64,000 nucleotides of DNA from positions 248,001-312,000 of the forward strand of contig JALMLS010000577.1 of NCBI GenBank assembly GCA_038496445.1. The letters are read 5' to 3'. Position numbers and translations under genes: made by a program. Shown here one piece after another: positions 23,403 through 38,052 of the stretch. The notes under the pieces are model-generated. The model did not search any database. It worked only from the letters and a program-made list of their open reading frames with translations, and was not told the DNA's origin. Each line of letters begins with the position of its first letter. Within the stretch, counting starts at the first letter, position 1. Origin of the DNA: Trichosphaerium sp. ATCC 40318. Its lineage: Eukaryota; Protista; Tubulinea.

Positions 23403-26400
23403 ATGGAAAAGAGTGTACAATTAAACACTGATGACGGTACCAGCGTATTTCATAACGGCAATTTGCTAAATTACATACTTAGCCCTGGAGCCTGAAACTG
23501 ATATCAATTCACAGCTCAGCGAACAGCTTAGCCGCATTATATCATTAAAAGAAACAATAATAGACTTTTACGAAGATGACGAATTTCAAGTGCGTTTAAT
23601 GGCACGGACGCCACCCTTATTCGCGCGTAGGCAGTATTAGACTTGTTTTCGAACATGAAGGAAGTGCGTGTCGTTACCAAAAATCTGTTTTCTGGGACAT
23701 CCCCTTTTGCCACTGTCCGCACAATGTCTCAGGAGCACTTGAGCAGAGTAAGTTAGATTGGTTGGTACAAAAGCTAACCAAAAACAGCTTGAAAGTGATG
23801 TTGTTACTGTGGCACTCTACGGCCGCACGAAGGCAGGAAAAAGTTCCCTCGGAAACGTCATTCTAGGAGAAGATGTACTACCAACAGCAGAAACACCGTG
23901 CACATCCTGTGCCTGCATCATAAATTCAGGAAAGCTGGATAAAGACAGGTACTAAAATATGCAGCTACTCGCATCTAAATGGACAATATAGGGCAGCTAT
24001 GGTAGTTTTAGAGCCCGATGCTAATATAGATGCAACGTGGAATCGCCCTGACGTACAAGACGAGCATCTGGAACTTAAAGCTTCATTGCAAACTCTCGTA
24101 AAAAACCCAGTAATTTCAAATGACAACCTCGGTTAGTTATCATTTTTCATTACGTAACTGAGCTAACAATGACAAGATAAAATACTTCCCCTAGTAATAG
24201 ACATGCCCGCAGTACTACGCGACTGCCCTCTTGTCAAGGAAGTCCAATTACAACGGTAACCGGAAACAAATATATTCCAAATCTTTCTTTGACACCTGTC
24301 ACATTTATAGCCCAATTTTTGGTATTGATAAACCTGGTATACGTGTCATCGATACTCCCGGAGAAAAAGAAAATTACCTCTTAAATTTAAGAGCCAAACA
24401 CAGTGCGCAATCAGCATCGCTGATAATCCACGTTTTTCGGTGTCAGGACGCTATGGTATGGACATGTAAAGATAACAATTTACTTACCTATTAAAAGAGA
24501 GACGAGCTAAAATTTATCGAACGCCAGCACGCCATTGGCGGGGATATTGTATTTGTTCTCAATATTTACAGCACTGACACAGAAGAAGCGATATTGAAGG
24601 CAGAGAAGAGGTTACGCCAACAGTTAGCACAGTTAAAGGATCCTAAAATCTTTAAAGTACGTGCAATGTAATTTCGAGTTTGAAGGTTAACTTTTACACC
24701 TAGTTCAATGTAAAGCAGTGTAATTATGGTGATTATAGCCCAGATTTCGTTGCCTTCAAGTTGGCACTTTGTGAATGTTTACAAATACGGTCTAAAGCCA
24801 TGGTATCAGCTTTGTTGAGCAATATGTATCAATTGATCCGGTACGTAGCTGCAACCAAATACGTGCTTATCTTCTGTAGTGTGCAACATTTGTTTGTGTC
24901 CAAGATTATAGCATCCCATGTTAGGACGTCAGTTAAGAGACCAGACAATGAACTATCTAGGATTGATTACAATGTGATTAAGCAAAAAGCAAAAGAAATA
25001 CAACTAGAAATACTAGCATTCGAAAAAGAAGCAAGACAAAAAGTAAAACAAATGCAAGTGAAGTTTAAGGCGCATTACTTGAAAGTAGTGGAAAAATTTA
25101 GAAACAAAGTACTCGGTAACGGCATACTAGATGTACGCGCATCTATTTCGTATAGTTCATCAACACGCTCTTTACGAAGAGCTTTGTTATTAATGTACTT
25201 CGGTATTTAGGATATGGAACCTAGTGTTCCCTTTGAAGTACAAGAGACTACATTCTGGAAAAGATTCGAAGAGAATTTCAAAGGGAAACGTTTCACTGAC
25301 TATGACTCTGAGTTATTTGAGCAATTGAAGATAAATTTTGAAAGAGAATCACGCAGCTCTTTGATTACCTTCGTCCGTACAGAGCGAACAAAACTGGATA
25401 CGTAAGTGCTGAGTATATTATTGATAAGAAACATTTAATTTGATGCAAAAAAGGTGGATAGAAAGTGAAGTAGAACGCTTGCAAGCAGTCACAGAAGAAG
25501 TCTTTGCCAATATTGGTAGTTCAATTTGGTATGTTTGAACGAAAGTATTTTTTTGTTTATTGTAACATGGTTAACATGGCTACAGGTCATCTCAAACACG
25601 CGAATTGTTTGTTAGAGTTGAAGGACAACTCTCCAAATTCACTCAGGTAACGTTAATTTATTTTTGTGGGTTTCTTTCTAACAGTTGGTAGTGGAATGCT
25701 CAACGATTGGGTATGCTAAATTTGTAGTTTAGTTGGTTTCTCTTATTATTTTTCTAGTACCTCCTGCTGCAGGTTTTGGTGTCGCTTCAGTTGGTATTGC
25801 CAGTACCGGCGTAGCGTTATTTGGTACAATAATATGACCCACTATTTATTAACCCCTTATAGCTGCTGGCACGTTGTCTGCAACAGCTACAGTAGTAACT
25901 GGCGGAGTAGCTCTGCTAGTCACAACCGCAGTAGCTGCAGCAGTTACCCTTGCAAATGTGAACTGGAAATCGACGATGTCGTATTCGCCTGGAAAAGACG
26001 AACAAGGCACGTGATTTATTTTAGCGTGCTTTTCTTAACAGCAATGTAGAAACCAAAGAAAGAATATTTGACCTGCTAATAAAGACATTAAATGAGCTCA
26101 CAAAGAAACCAGAGTTCGGAGATTTGGCAGCTGGTGCTCTTGGCAACCTTGATGGGAAAATTGATTACATCAGTAATTGCCTCAACGTCTGTCTATTAGA
26201 GATTGAAAGTATTGTAGAGGTAAGATTGGCAGTTTATTTTTTTGTTAGTCTAACAAGTATGGAAGGCTCAACAACTCTCTTTGGACTTAGATTATAATAA
26301 ACTCTGCGAATACTTATGGATGAGAGACTTCTTGACAGAGTACACAGTAAAACTTATGGAAGAATGCGCTAGATTCGATTTTAAAACTACAGAAATTCTG

Positions 26401-27643
26401 CGTGTACTCGTTGAGAAGAAAGCAGCTTACAACACAGTACGAAAAACACCATTATCACCTTTCTCTTGACGCTCATATGATTATATAAGATGCCAATGTG
26501 TTTCGTATGCAAAGAGCCAATTCTTCGTTGTAACCATTTGTGTACCTATTGCGGTTACAAGTTACAAGATCAATGTCCTTTATGCAGCAGCACGACTGAG
26601 TGGATTGTAGATAAAATAAAGCCGCACAAAAATTCCAGTGGCGGTGAAGTACGTGACACTACAAAGCGAAACAAAGCGTAATTAATTCTTCTAGGATATA
26701 TTGAACAAGTTCTTGCACTTCAAGCCGACATTGTCACAATTTTCATCATTGATTTATACGACTACTCAAGAAGAATTCAATAGCGCTGACCTATACGCAC
26801 AACTAGAGTACGGTATAGAATCATTATAAGTCTAATTGTAGAGTAGACAACACGTAAATACCATCAAACAATTTTGTATTTGGTTTAAACAACACCACAC
26901 CAAATCGGATGTTAAAGAAGTTGCGCGTACATTGAGATATATACTTAATAAGATCGTTCGCAACTTTACGCCGAAATATGGTCTCCCTTATGATGTTAAA
27001 AAGTTGATTCTTGCTTGGGTACACAGAAAACTATTTGAGACGCGAGACGCTATATCTCCTCTACTGTACCGCATATACAAAAAACACGTACGTGTCAATA
27101 GGCTACGTAGTCCCCAATTAGTAGTTTTTCAAGTCTAACTTTCCTAATTAGTATGACTCGCAAGATAACGCGTTCATAAAGGTAATACTAGAGCACACGG
27201 ACGATCCCTTGCCTAGTGTACGTGTTCCGAAATAAGGAATTCTTCTACTTACTATCTTTACGGAATAGGTCCTCGAAGGTTCTACGCACTGGAAAGATGC
27301 TGTAGATGCACTAAAACGAATGTCTATAGCGAAATCTCCGTACAAAAAATTATCTCACCTAAAAGAAATGTCTCAATGCATTCACAGGACAAACCCAAGC
27401 ATGTACGGCTATTATTGAAAAAAAAATTATTCTTGCTGAAAAGTTTTTCGTAGGGGAGCTGATGACGCATGGCCTGCGATAATGTATGTTATAACGCAAG
27501 CAAAGTACCAGTATATGCTATCGGAAATCAACGTTGTTTACGATAGTTTGTATGAGTTTGTCGAAAACGCTGATAGATACCTTCTATGCACCGTACACGC
27601 TATTGTCACAGACATGGAGAACATTTTAAACAATGCCCCGTAA
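23403..27643 (+). CDS. Mitofusin/bacterial-DLP-type dynamin GTPase with hydrophobic hairpin, zinc ribbon and C-terminal VPS9 domain
   Basis: G1 ALYGRTKAGKSSLGNVILGEDVLPT, G2 PCT, G3 IDTPG, degenerate G4 FVLNIY. Coiled helices, then an Ala/Gly/Val/Thr hydrophobic stretch, then CFVC...CTYC...CPLC. VPS9 core: AKSPYKKLSHLKE...MGADDAWPAIMYVITQA. Confidence 0.78.
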
Positions 27644-28159
27644 CTTCAAAAAACTGAGATAGTCCGTAAATAGTAACCACTACTTGTAAATAATCCCCTT
27701 GTAAACGTATTGTATAGTAGCAGAAACGCTTGTAGCTCAGTGATTGCTAAAATAAAAACGAGATAAAAATATTTATACCGTTGCGTAGTTTATGGCGTTT
27801 CCCTTGTTCCAAATGAGTTGTGTGGCGTTATACGCGTCGACACAAATTTAGTGTACTGCACGGAGCTTTAAAAACAGAGTAGCGCTCTAAACCACCTGAG
27901 AGTGTTCCACATAGCGAATCAATGCGGTTAACGAACGTAATTTAGCGTTTGACGCTAAACTGTGAACGTTTAACACTTGAGTGCACCAGTGCATTCATAG
28001 CCGTGTGAATTGCAAAACACAACAAATGAAGTTCGTGCAACTGCAAGTAGATTGCGTTAGTATTCTCCACCAAATTATCATAATAGCGTAGGTTAGCAGT
28101 GCAAACTGCTATAAACACCAGTGAAACGAATTTAGCCTAAATAGTTAGAATAGTTTGTG

Positions 28160-28206
28160 AAAATCAACCACGTTAGAGTATTATTCAGAAATTTCACAAA
28201 TTCCCA
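28160..28206 (+). promoter_or_regulatory. Conserved actin upstream block (copy 1)
   Basis: AAAATCAACCAcGTTaGAGTATTATTCAGAAATTTcacAAATTCCCA matches the reverse complement of 59192-59238 at a similar distance from the ATG. Confidence 0.65.
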
Positions 28207-28267
28207 CCAATTGAACTCGGCGAAAATCATTAACTACAAATACTCTCAGTATTAACAACAACTAAAA

Positions 28268-29738
<1,471 letters not shown>

Positions 29739-29894
29739 GTGCAACCTGTCACGTATTTGTAAAAAGAGAAAATAAATGTAGTTCTCAAACTTGTGCTTTT
29801 GTTGGTTTCTTTTTTGGGTTAGTTAACGTTTGTTGTCATTAAATTGTTTCGTGGACAAAAATGGTATCAATTTTTAAGTTCTACAAATTTGACT

Positions 29895-31140
29895 TTATTT
29901 ACTTTCTTTTTCTCGTTTTCGCTTCACTGCCTTTCTACCAACGTCATCGTCGTCGTCAATTTCCATTGCATCGACGTCCTCAGCTTCAGGTTCGGGTAGA
30001 GGTCTTTCTTCACCGTCAGTAATCGCTACAACACCTTTATAGTAATCTCTCCTCTCTTCAAAGTAGTTAGCACTTTGAAAAACCAATGAACTTACCAGCT
30101 CTATCAATCACTGACAAAGCATTTTGCGACATACTGGCTTTTGCTGCCGTAGGATCAAGGCCAAAAAGAATTCCCCTAGAGGGTGCATAAATATGAAAAG
30201 TCACGCGCAACAAAACCGTACAAATTTATAATGTCGTAGGGTCCACGTAATAGCATATTGTGAGATGCATTCGAAGACAAAAGAATATTCTTTCCTCTTG
30301 TGAATTCTACAATCTTAATTGCATTCCCAAGTGCGTGACGCTTTGTAGCTTCATCATCTAAGTTACCATCAATAAAAAACATTACAGAAATATGTATAAA
30401 TCGATCTAACGACTGATGCATTTCACGTACGTTCCAGCAAAGAAGAAATTGACAATTCGAAAAAAATGGAATTATGTACAGCTTGTATCACTGGCTTTAC
30501 GCGTAACATTCCGCGTGCATCTGGTAGCGAGAAGCTTATGATGTCTACGTCTGTTTTTATAACCAACTGTAAGTTTGTTTAAACGGTTTGGATCAAAAAT
30601 GTAAATTGCGTGCCTAATCCTTTATCTACCTCCTTCATGAGCGCTATAAACGTGTCTCTGTTCATTGGTCGCACGGCAATTATGTCATAGTTTGATAAGT
30701 ATTTATAATTTGATTTCTGCTCGAGTTATTAGGCCCACAGGGCGTCATTTGATATGAAAGAGCGTACCATGGTTAAAATGCTCTTTGGCGTGTCAAGAAC
30801 TACGGTTAGGCGTTTATATTGCGCAAACTTCTTTCCTTTGGCATCCATACGCAGTGGAGCCAAGAATGTGGTCTTATCACGCAATTTAACATCTGGTATT
30901 GGTCCATCCTGCGCATGATAAGTATAAATGCATCATGAAGCTACATACTATCTTTTGTAGCGCTTTTACGTCGGTAATTACTCTATTAATCGCAATGCCA
31001 TCAAAACCAACTGATTACACTTAGTATACGCTCATTTAAACCCGCACGTAACGTTTCATTGCTGTTGCGACAACTTTTTGAAGTTTTGGCATGTATGCAG
31101 GATCTTCCTCATTGTACGTTATCCCCAAGTCGTAAAACAT
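29895..31140 (-). CDS. RPP30: RNase P/MRP subunit p30
   Basis: MFYDL...AMKLGFDGIAIN, KRLTVV, YDIIAVRP, VDIISF, IFFELS, TRGKNILLSSNA...LRGPYDIINLG. Confidence 0.9.
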
Positions 31141-32494
31141 AATCACAAGGCGTCAGCAGATTCTCACAAATAACTGAAACGAAATAAAACAGCAATTCTC
31201 AAGACCTACGGTCAAGTTCTTTAAAAACACTCATATTTTGCGCTATCACGTGTATTTATTTCATTCTCATTGGTGTCATTGCCTTTCTCTTCATGTCGTT
31301 AGCGCATTTGTTAAATCAAAACGAAAATTGTGAATGTTCCCAACACGAATAAACTGAGGCCAAATACAAAGTGAATACGTGATTCATGAGCGCAACGACC
31401 TGATTTAAAACCTCACAAAAGGTACGATTATTCTAAAAATTATATATTAAAACTCAATCGGCTTGGCGGTTTCTTTGCAATGTTGTATTTGCATAAATTT
31501 CTGGTTTGTTGTTGAGGTTTGCTAATTAAATCTGCAGACAGATAAATGCTGGCGATCAGCTAACTATGTGCGTGCATACCACATCATCAACTTGTTGAGC
31601 GCACGTGGCTGATTTTAGGGAAACCTTTGGTGTTTCTAGCCAGAAATCACCAGTTTAAAACCCATTCACTTGTGCATTAACCAGATTACACACGTGATAC
31701 AAACCGCTCAAGATGTTGCGCTAGTGAGGTCACCTTTGCATTTTTATTGTGTCAGCGTTTAAATGAAAGAATGGTGCCTGGGACGCGTTGGTCGACCTTT
31801 TTGGGCAAAACTTGGCGACATTAACCTGCACAAATAACCAAAGGCATTAATTTTAGTGAGACTTTTGAAGGTATTTTAACATTTTGAAATTTGTATCAGG
31901 ACGGAGAGATAAAGCCGACCTGTGCAGTTTATGGCGTTTCGGTAAACTCCGAAGTTTCATTTATGTTTAATGAAAGAACTAACAGGGACGGGGATAGCGT
32001 GACTGTGGCGCTTTGGTTGTAAGATACATTACCCATGAAGGCAATTTGCGAAAAATTTTCAGAGTTACAGGCAACAACTCAAATCAATGCCAAGGTATGT
32101 AGGTGATTTTTTTTTAGTCTTTTTTACGAAAGCAGGAATAGCATGTAAGTTATTGGAGATATTCTGATAAAATAATTTTTTTGTATCTATGCCGTGACAT
32201 AATTCATTAGGATCGTTTTTTTTTCCAATATTTCCAACAACTTTTTTTTCCCAACGTCCTTGTGCATCCCTTACGGAGATGTGATACCACATTAACATGT
32301 TAATGAACGACTCGCATTATTTGTGTGCGTGTTGTGGTATTGGTATACTGTACCGAGAAAAGATGTTTGAAGCCTTTTTGGATAAAAAACTGCACCATTT
32401 TTTTTCAGAGGATCCTTAAGGAAAATGTGTCCTTTCTAAAAAAGCAAAAACCAAAAAACATACAACTCAAGCAACAACGCTTTGCGTGTCCAAA

Positions 32495-35400
32495 ATGAAA
32501 GTTATATTGCTAACACTTTCATTGTTCATATGCCTGGGATCAGGCTTTATTCGTCTTGTCTCTCCTAACGGTAGGTTTTTTTTTTTTTGAGTTTTCGTAA
32601 GTTTCGGGGATGCTCGTCTAACTAATAACCTTTAGGCGTAGATGAAGGTTCATGCATAACTAAGCCTTGTAAAACACTAAACTATACTTTATTTTCCGCA
32701 ACATTAGCGGCAGATACAATAAGAATGGAAGCAGGAGTTTATAAAGGTGCGAAAAGAAGTCTTTGAACAAGTTTTGGCTGTGGAGTTATTTTTATTTTTT
32801 ATTTTTTGTGCACTTTTTCGTTGTGTCTCACTTTGGCTTAGGTCCGGGAAATTCGCGTATTGTGTGGGAGGAACCTATTCTCGTGCATCATATACGCATC
32901 GAAGGTATCACGTTTTTCGAAGCGGCGTTTTTAGGAATATTGTTCTTTAACACTTTGTTTAGGTGACCCAAATGGTGGTACTATTATAGATGGTGATAGA
33001 CAACACTTCCTCTTCTTCGTTAGTCGTTGTGGCAATCCTGGTGGTGCTTCTCTCCAATTAGTGGAGTTTGAGAAAATAACTTTTACGGGAGCAGAGTTTA
33101 GTCATGAATTTCCGTACAGTAACGATAAAATAGGAGCGGATGTACGTCATCACGTGTTTTTTTTGAAATTGTTTTTTTTTAATTTTTAAACTGACGTTTT
33201 CGTTTGTAGTTCGCTGGTGGCTCTGTATTCTACGCGCGGGACGCTTGCACAATATCTTTCGTGTACGTAAACTGAACGATACTTTTAAAAAACTGCAGTA
33301 GAGTTTCAATCGTTAATGTTTTTCGTTTTTAGGGACTGTATTTTCGAGAACAATAATAGCGGCAACCTTCCACCTCCTACTGTAGGTTCGCACAACCAGT
33401 TCAGAGGTATCTTGCACGCGAATCAGTCTACTATAAACCTTACGCGGTAAGCATCTTTTTTTTTTGTTTCCGTCGCAGTTTTGAAGTAGTTCATCACGTG
33501 ATCTCAAAACTGCACTTTTTTTCTGAAAAAGATTACATTCTGAAAATTTGGTAGTACCTTTGTTTTTTTTTTCTAGGCGTAGACTAACACCTGTTCTGTT
33601 TAGTGTTACTTTTCGAAATAACTCTATCGATCAAAACGGGGGAAGTGGTCTTATGTTTGTCAACAATGGTAACGTTTCGATGGAGGGGTGCTTGTTTATT
33701 GATAATACAGTTAAGTTTCGAGGTACTAAACAATTTTTGGATTGGTTTTTGGTTTGTAGCTCACGTTTGTGTAGGAACTATTTTGATTGAAGGAAAGTAT
33801 AACGTTTCAATTAACAATACAGTATTCAAAAACAATGCAGCAACTAGAGGCGCTGGTATAGGTAATTGTTTTTAGCCTTGTTTTTTGTTTTTGTCTATGT
33901 TGTTCAAAACTGATGTTTGCCTTCAGTTGTTCGTGATAATCAGGTAAAGGATAGTGTATTAGAGATAAGCAACAGTGTTTTTGAGAACGCTAGGGGATAT
34001 ATAGAAGGAGGTATGGACATATTCAGGTTTCTTGAAACAAGTCCTTAATGTTATCTTAGCTGTCTCTTTTTATGGCGAAAAACTCTTGATTGACCGTTGT
34101 ACCTTCAGGCACGTGACCATTCGTCGGTTAAAACCTTGAACTTATTTTTTCTTGTCTAGAGGAAATTTTATGGGCGTTAGTATACACCACTCTTCTAATG
34201 CACTAGAACGACCAACTGTGAGTGTTGTGAAAAACAGCATATTTGAGAACAATGCGGACTCTGGCAGTACGGGTTCGGCTATTGTAAATACAGCTGCTAG
34301 AGTGGAAATGGAAATCAGTAATAGCACGTTTATCAATAATACGGCTGGAAGGGGTGGAGCAATATATTTCCATGCGAGATACGGCTCGCTTGGAATAAAA
34401 AACTGTTCTTTTGAAGGGAATTCTGCAACCATTATGGGAGGCGCAATTGATACCTTCGCTGCTACTATTAATAGCTCTACTTTTATTAAAAATAGTGCAG
34501 AGATTGGTGGGTCTATATTCTCATTGGGTCATGTTAACATAAATCAGTGTGTATTCGGAGAAGACGATAGTACGTCGATATAATGTCTTCGGTTTTTTTT
34601 TTCTTGTTTACCTCGTTTTGGCTAACTTAACGTTTCTTGTTTAAGCTATAAGAGCCAACGGAACGCTGACTTTGATATCCTCAAATTTAACTGGATCAGA
34701 CCCTGTTTCTGGCTACAACCAAAATATTATTGAGGGTACAATAGATCGTTAACAGCAAAAGTTGTAAATAGCTAACAAATCTTTTCCCTTCAAGGTCTTG
34801 ATGTCAAGTCATTTCAGATCAATGCAGGCGAATGGAACTTCATCAACACGCACACGGAAGTCTCTAAGCTACAGATTAAAGGCGGTTTATTGAATATACA
34901 TAATGACGCTGTTCTAAATATCAGAGATACATTGGAATTATCAAAAGTAGTTGCCATACACGTGCGTTTCGAAACAAACCAAAAAAAAAAGAGCTTGTAA
35001 TTAATATCTTTCTCGTAGGGTCCTCCTTTTAAGGATGATACAGTTTCTGTCCTCTCAGGAGATGGTGTGAAGCCTAAAGTTATTATTCACGAAGACAGTG
35101 TAACATCAGCTGTCCTTGGCGATACCTTGTTAGAAAATATTGACTTGATTAATCGAGGTAACCCTTTGTTTCCTGGCTATGATTTTCTAACTTTCTTAAA
35201 AGGAACGTTCGTGCTCAAAGCAGAAACACATACTACCCTTAAACTCAGAAACACAACGCTATGTACAGAAGGAGTAGATTCGGTTTTCATTGTAAACTCT
35301 AATGCCGTATTGGATGGAGACATTGGTTCTAAAATCATAGTCAATAATTCAACATTTATTGCACATGTACGTTCACGAGTATGTAGACTAGATTGCTTAC

Positions 35401-37517
35401 AACTACATCAGGACTCTGTAGAAGTTCGCGTACCAATTGAGCTACACGATGACAGTACTTTTACTCTTACCCTTACTACTTCGACTATTAAATGGACCGT
35501 TAGTCCTCAATTCGGTACAATGGCTTTTGTCCACTTTTGAAAGTAAAAATTCTTCGTTTCTAATCTCGCTTTCAGCTGGCACCCTTAAGGTAGTCATACC
35601 AGTAACTATTGAAAAACCAAAGATTGGTGACGTTTATAACCTTATGTTCTGGAACGGAACTGAACATATTGGAGAGTTTTCAAAGCTTGACATGAAGATA
35701 TCTGGTAAATTGATTTACACTGAAAATGGATTAAAGCTTGAAATCATCGATAAAGTAAGACAACCACATCTCCAAGGCTCTTTCGGTGACATCACAGTAA
35801 TCATCATGTTATCTTTATTTATAATTGGTTTGTCAACGACGATACTCGTATCATCTATTCTAGCATGCCACTGGTACTTATTAAAAAAAGAAGGATTTGA
35901 AAAAAATGATAGAAAAAGTTTTAATGAGTTTTAACCAAATCTCCCTTTGTAGGTCCAAGTCTGAAGTCATCCATAAATCAAATAAGCCTTCTTTACCGCT
36001 TATACTCGTTGGAATATTCCTTAGTTATATTGGTAGTTTCTTATGGTAAGTCTTCGTAAAAAACTTTATCTGTAACACGTGATTATTAATTTTTTCTTGT
36101 TAAAGGGCTGTACCTGTTTCAGATGTTGTATGCGAGTTGCGTGTTTGGCTACCATTTATGGGATTTATTGCGTTTATATTGTACGAGTTTTCTCTTATTT
36201 TTCTTTTTTTGTTGGAGCACTGTTGAGAAGTGGTTTTTTTTTCAACATTGTTTTTGATTCCTTTAAAAGCTTACCTCTTTTAGCCCAGTTCTTGCTAAAA
36301 CGTATCGTATCAAGCAAGTTTTCACACTGAGATCGCTGACGGATACAATTGTATCTCTAATGGATCTTGTCAAAATAACACTTGGAGCCATCGTAATCCA
36401 ACTCGTATCCAACAATGACTTCGTTATTTTTAATTTTCTACTTTTTCTAAATGAAAAATATCGACCTTCATTCTTAAAAGATAATATTGATACTCTGGTC
36501 TGCGTCATCACCAAATAGAGTAGAATACTTTCCAGATAAAGAAAATGATGATTTTACTATCCCAAGATGTAGCAGCAGGATTGGATACATATTCTTGCTC
36601 ATTGTTGGACTTTATGACGTACGTCATCAAACCTCTTTCTGAGCTAGTCTTGCTGTTGTTTCTTCTTCTAATTCTTGCTTTGTTAGGGCGCTATACTAAT
36701 CATTGGTGCTTACTTTGCTTATGTAATATACAGACTTAAGATGGCACGTGCTTACAATGAATCAACTTGGCTTTCATGTGCACTGTATAATAGCCTTGTT
36801 TGGGGAGTTTTATTGGTAGTCTTTGGTGTTGTTTTCAGTATTGCTGGTGCACTTGATATATTCAGCACGGTGTTGGGTGTTATCATTTGGATAAATACAT
36901 CAGGTAACTGACAGCTTTTAAAGAAATGTTGTTGTTCACTCACGTTTTTTCTGTAGTCACACTTGGCGTATTGTTTGCACCTTTAGCACGTGATATTTTT
37001 GCTGAAGCCAAGCAAAAGAAAGATGACACGTACGTTATTTCTTTTCAGCAGCTAGTTTTAATCTCGTCGTGAGTTGGTTGGCGTAATTGCCAACAACTAT
37101 TGCCACATTCAACTCTTTAATTAAGCCGGCAATCTATGATTGTTTTATTTTGTGTCTTTGCTCAACTAACGTTTTCTTTGAAGGTCGGTTCATGTTACCA
37201 GGATGAATACTCCTCCGAAGAACGCTATAGCATCTGCTGGATCAAGTTTACAAGGAACAGGTATCCATACAAATGCGTCAACTAGTAAAGTAGCAAAACT
37301 TCAACGTCAAATTGCAATTTTACAAGAAGAGAATGAAATGCTCAGGGACGCTCTCAACAAGCTCTCTAAGAATAATTCAAATCAAAAAGATGCCAAAGAA
37401 GATAAAGGAGACAAGGGAGACAAAGAAGATTCCGAAGATGTAGAAAATGTAGAGGAAGTCTTGAGTAAAACAGAGCAAAACTTATCATCTATGATTGCTA
37501 CTCAATCAAGAAATTGA
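32495..37517 (+). CDS. Class C (family 3)-like GPCR with a pectin-lyase/PMP-like beta-helix ectodomain
   Basis: Signal peptide; VSPNGVDEGSCITKPCKTL; repeated FxxN and GGAI motifs (FINNTAGRGGAIY, FEGNSATIMGGAI). 7TM with LAKTYRIKQVF and AYNESTWL (7tm_3 hallmarks). C-terminal coiled coil KLQRQIAILQEENEMLR. Confidence 0.8.
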
Positions 37518-38052
37518 AACCGAGGTCTAAGTGGCCACTAAAAAACACCTTGTATTTTAATAAAAAACGTAATGAAACAATTCTAGATTCTGCGAGATAG
37601 AAAACCTTTTGAACGAATATTTCAATCAGTCAAAAAAAAAAAAGGAAAAATGTTCACCAAAGAAATACATCTAGCAAGGCATCAGCGCACGTGACAAGTT
37701 GTTGAAAGTAAGCTCATTGCATTTACATTACCTACGACCTGACATAGCACTATGTTAGGTAGAGAGGGCTTTGGCAGTGTAAATTCTTTGGCAAACGTTC
37801 AAGTCATAGTTCACTTTCCTGCCCAACAACAAGACTCATTCGCTTCCATACTTGTAAACACGTGCAACTCATAAAGTCAAAGCAGAGACACGCGAAAAAC
37901 AAACAAAGACATTCGTATTAATAAACCGGTTTCTTTTTTTTTTACTAACAACAAACAGTTTTCACAGGTTTTTTTTTCTTCAAAAAGCTTTTGGTTATGT
38001 ACACTTAACAAATACGCTCTTATGGAGCAGTAAAATGTGGGAACCAAGAATT

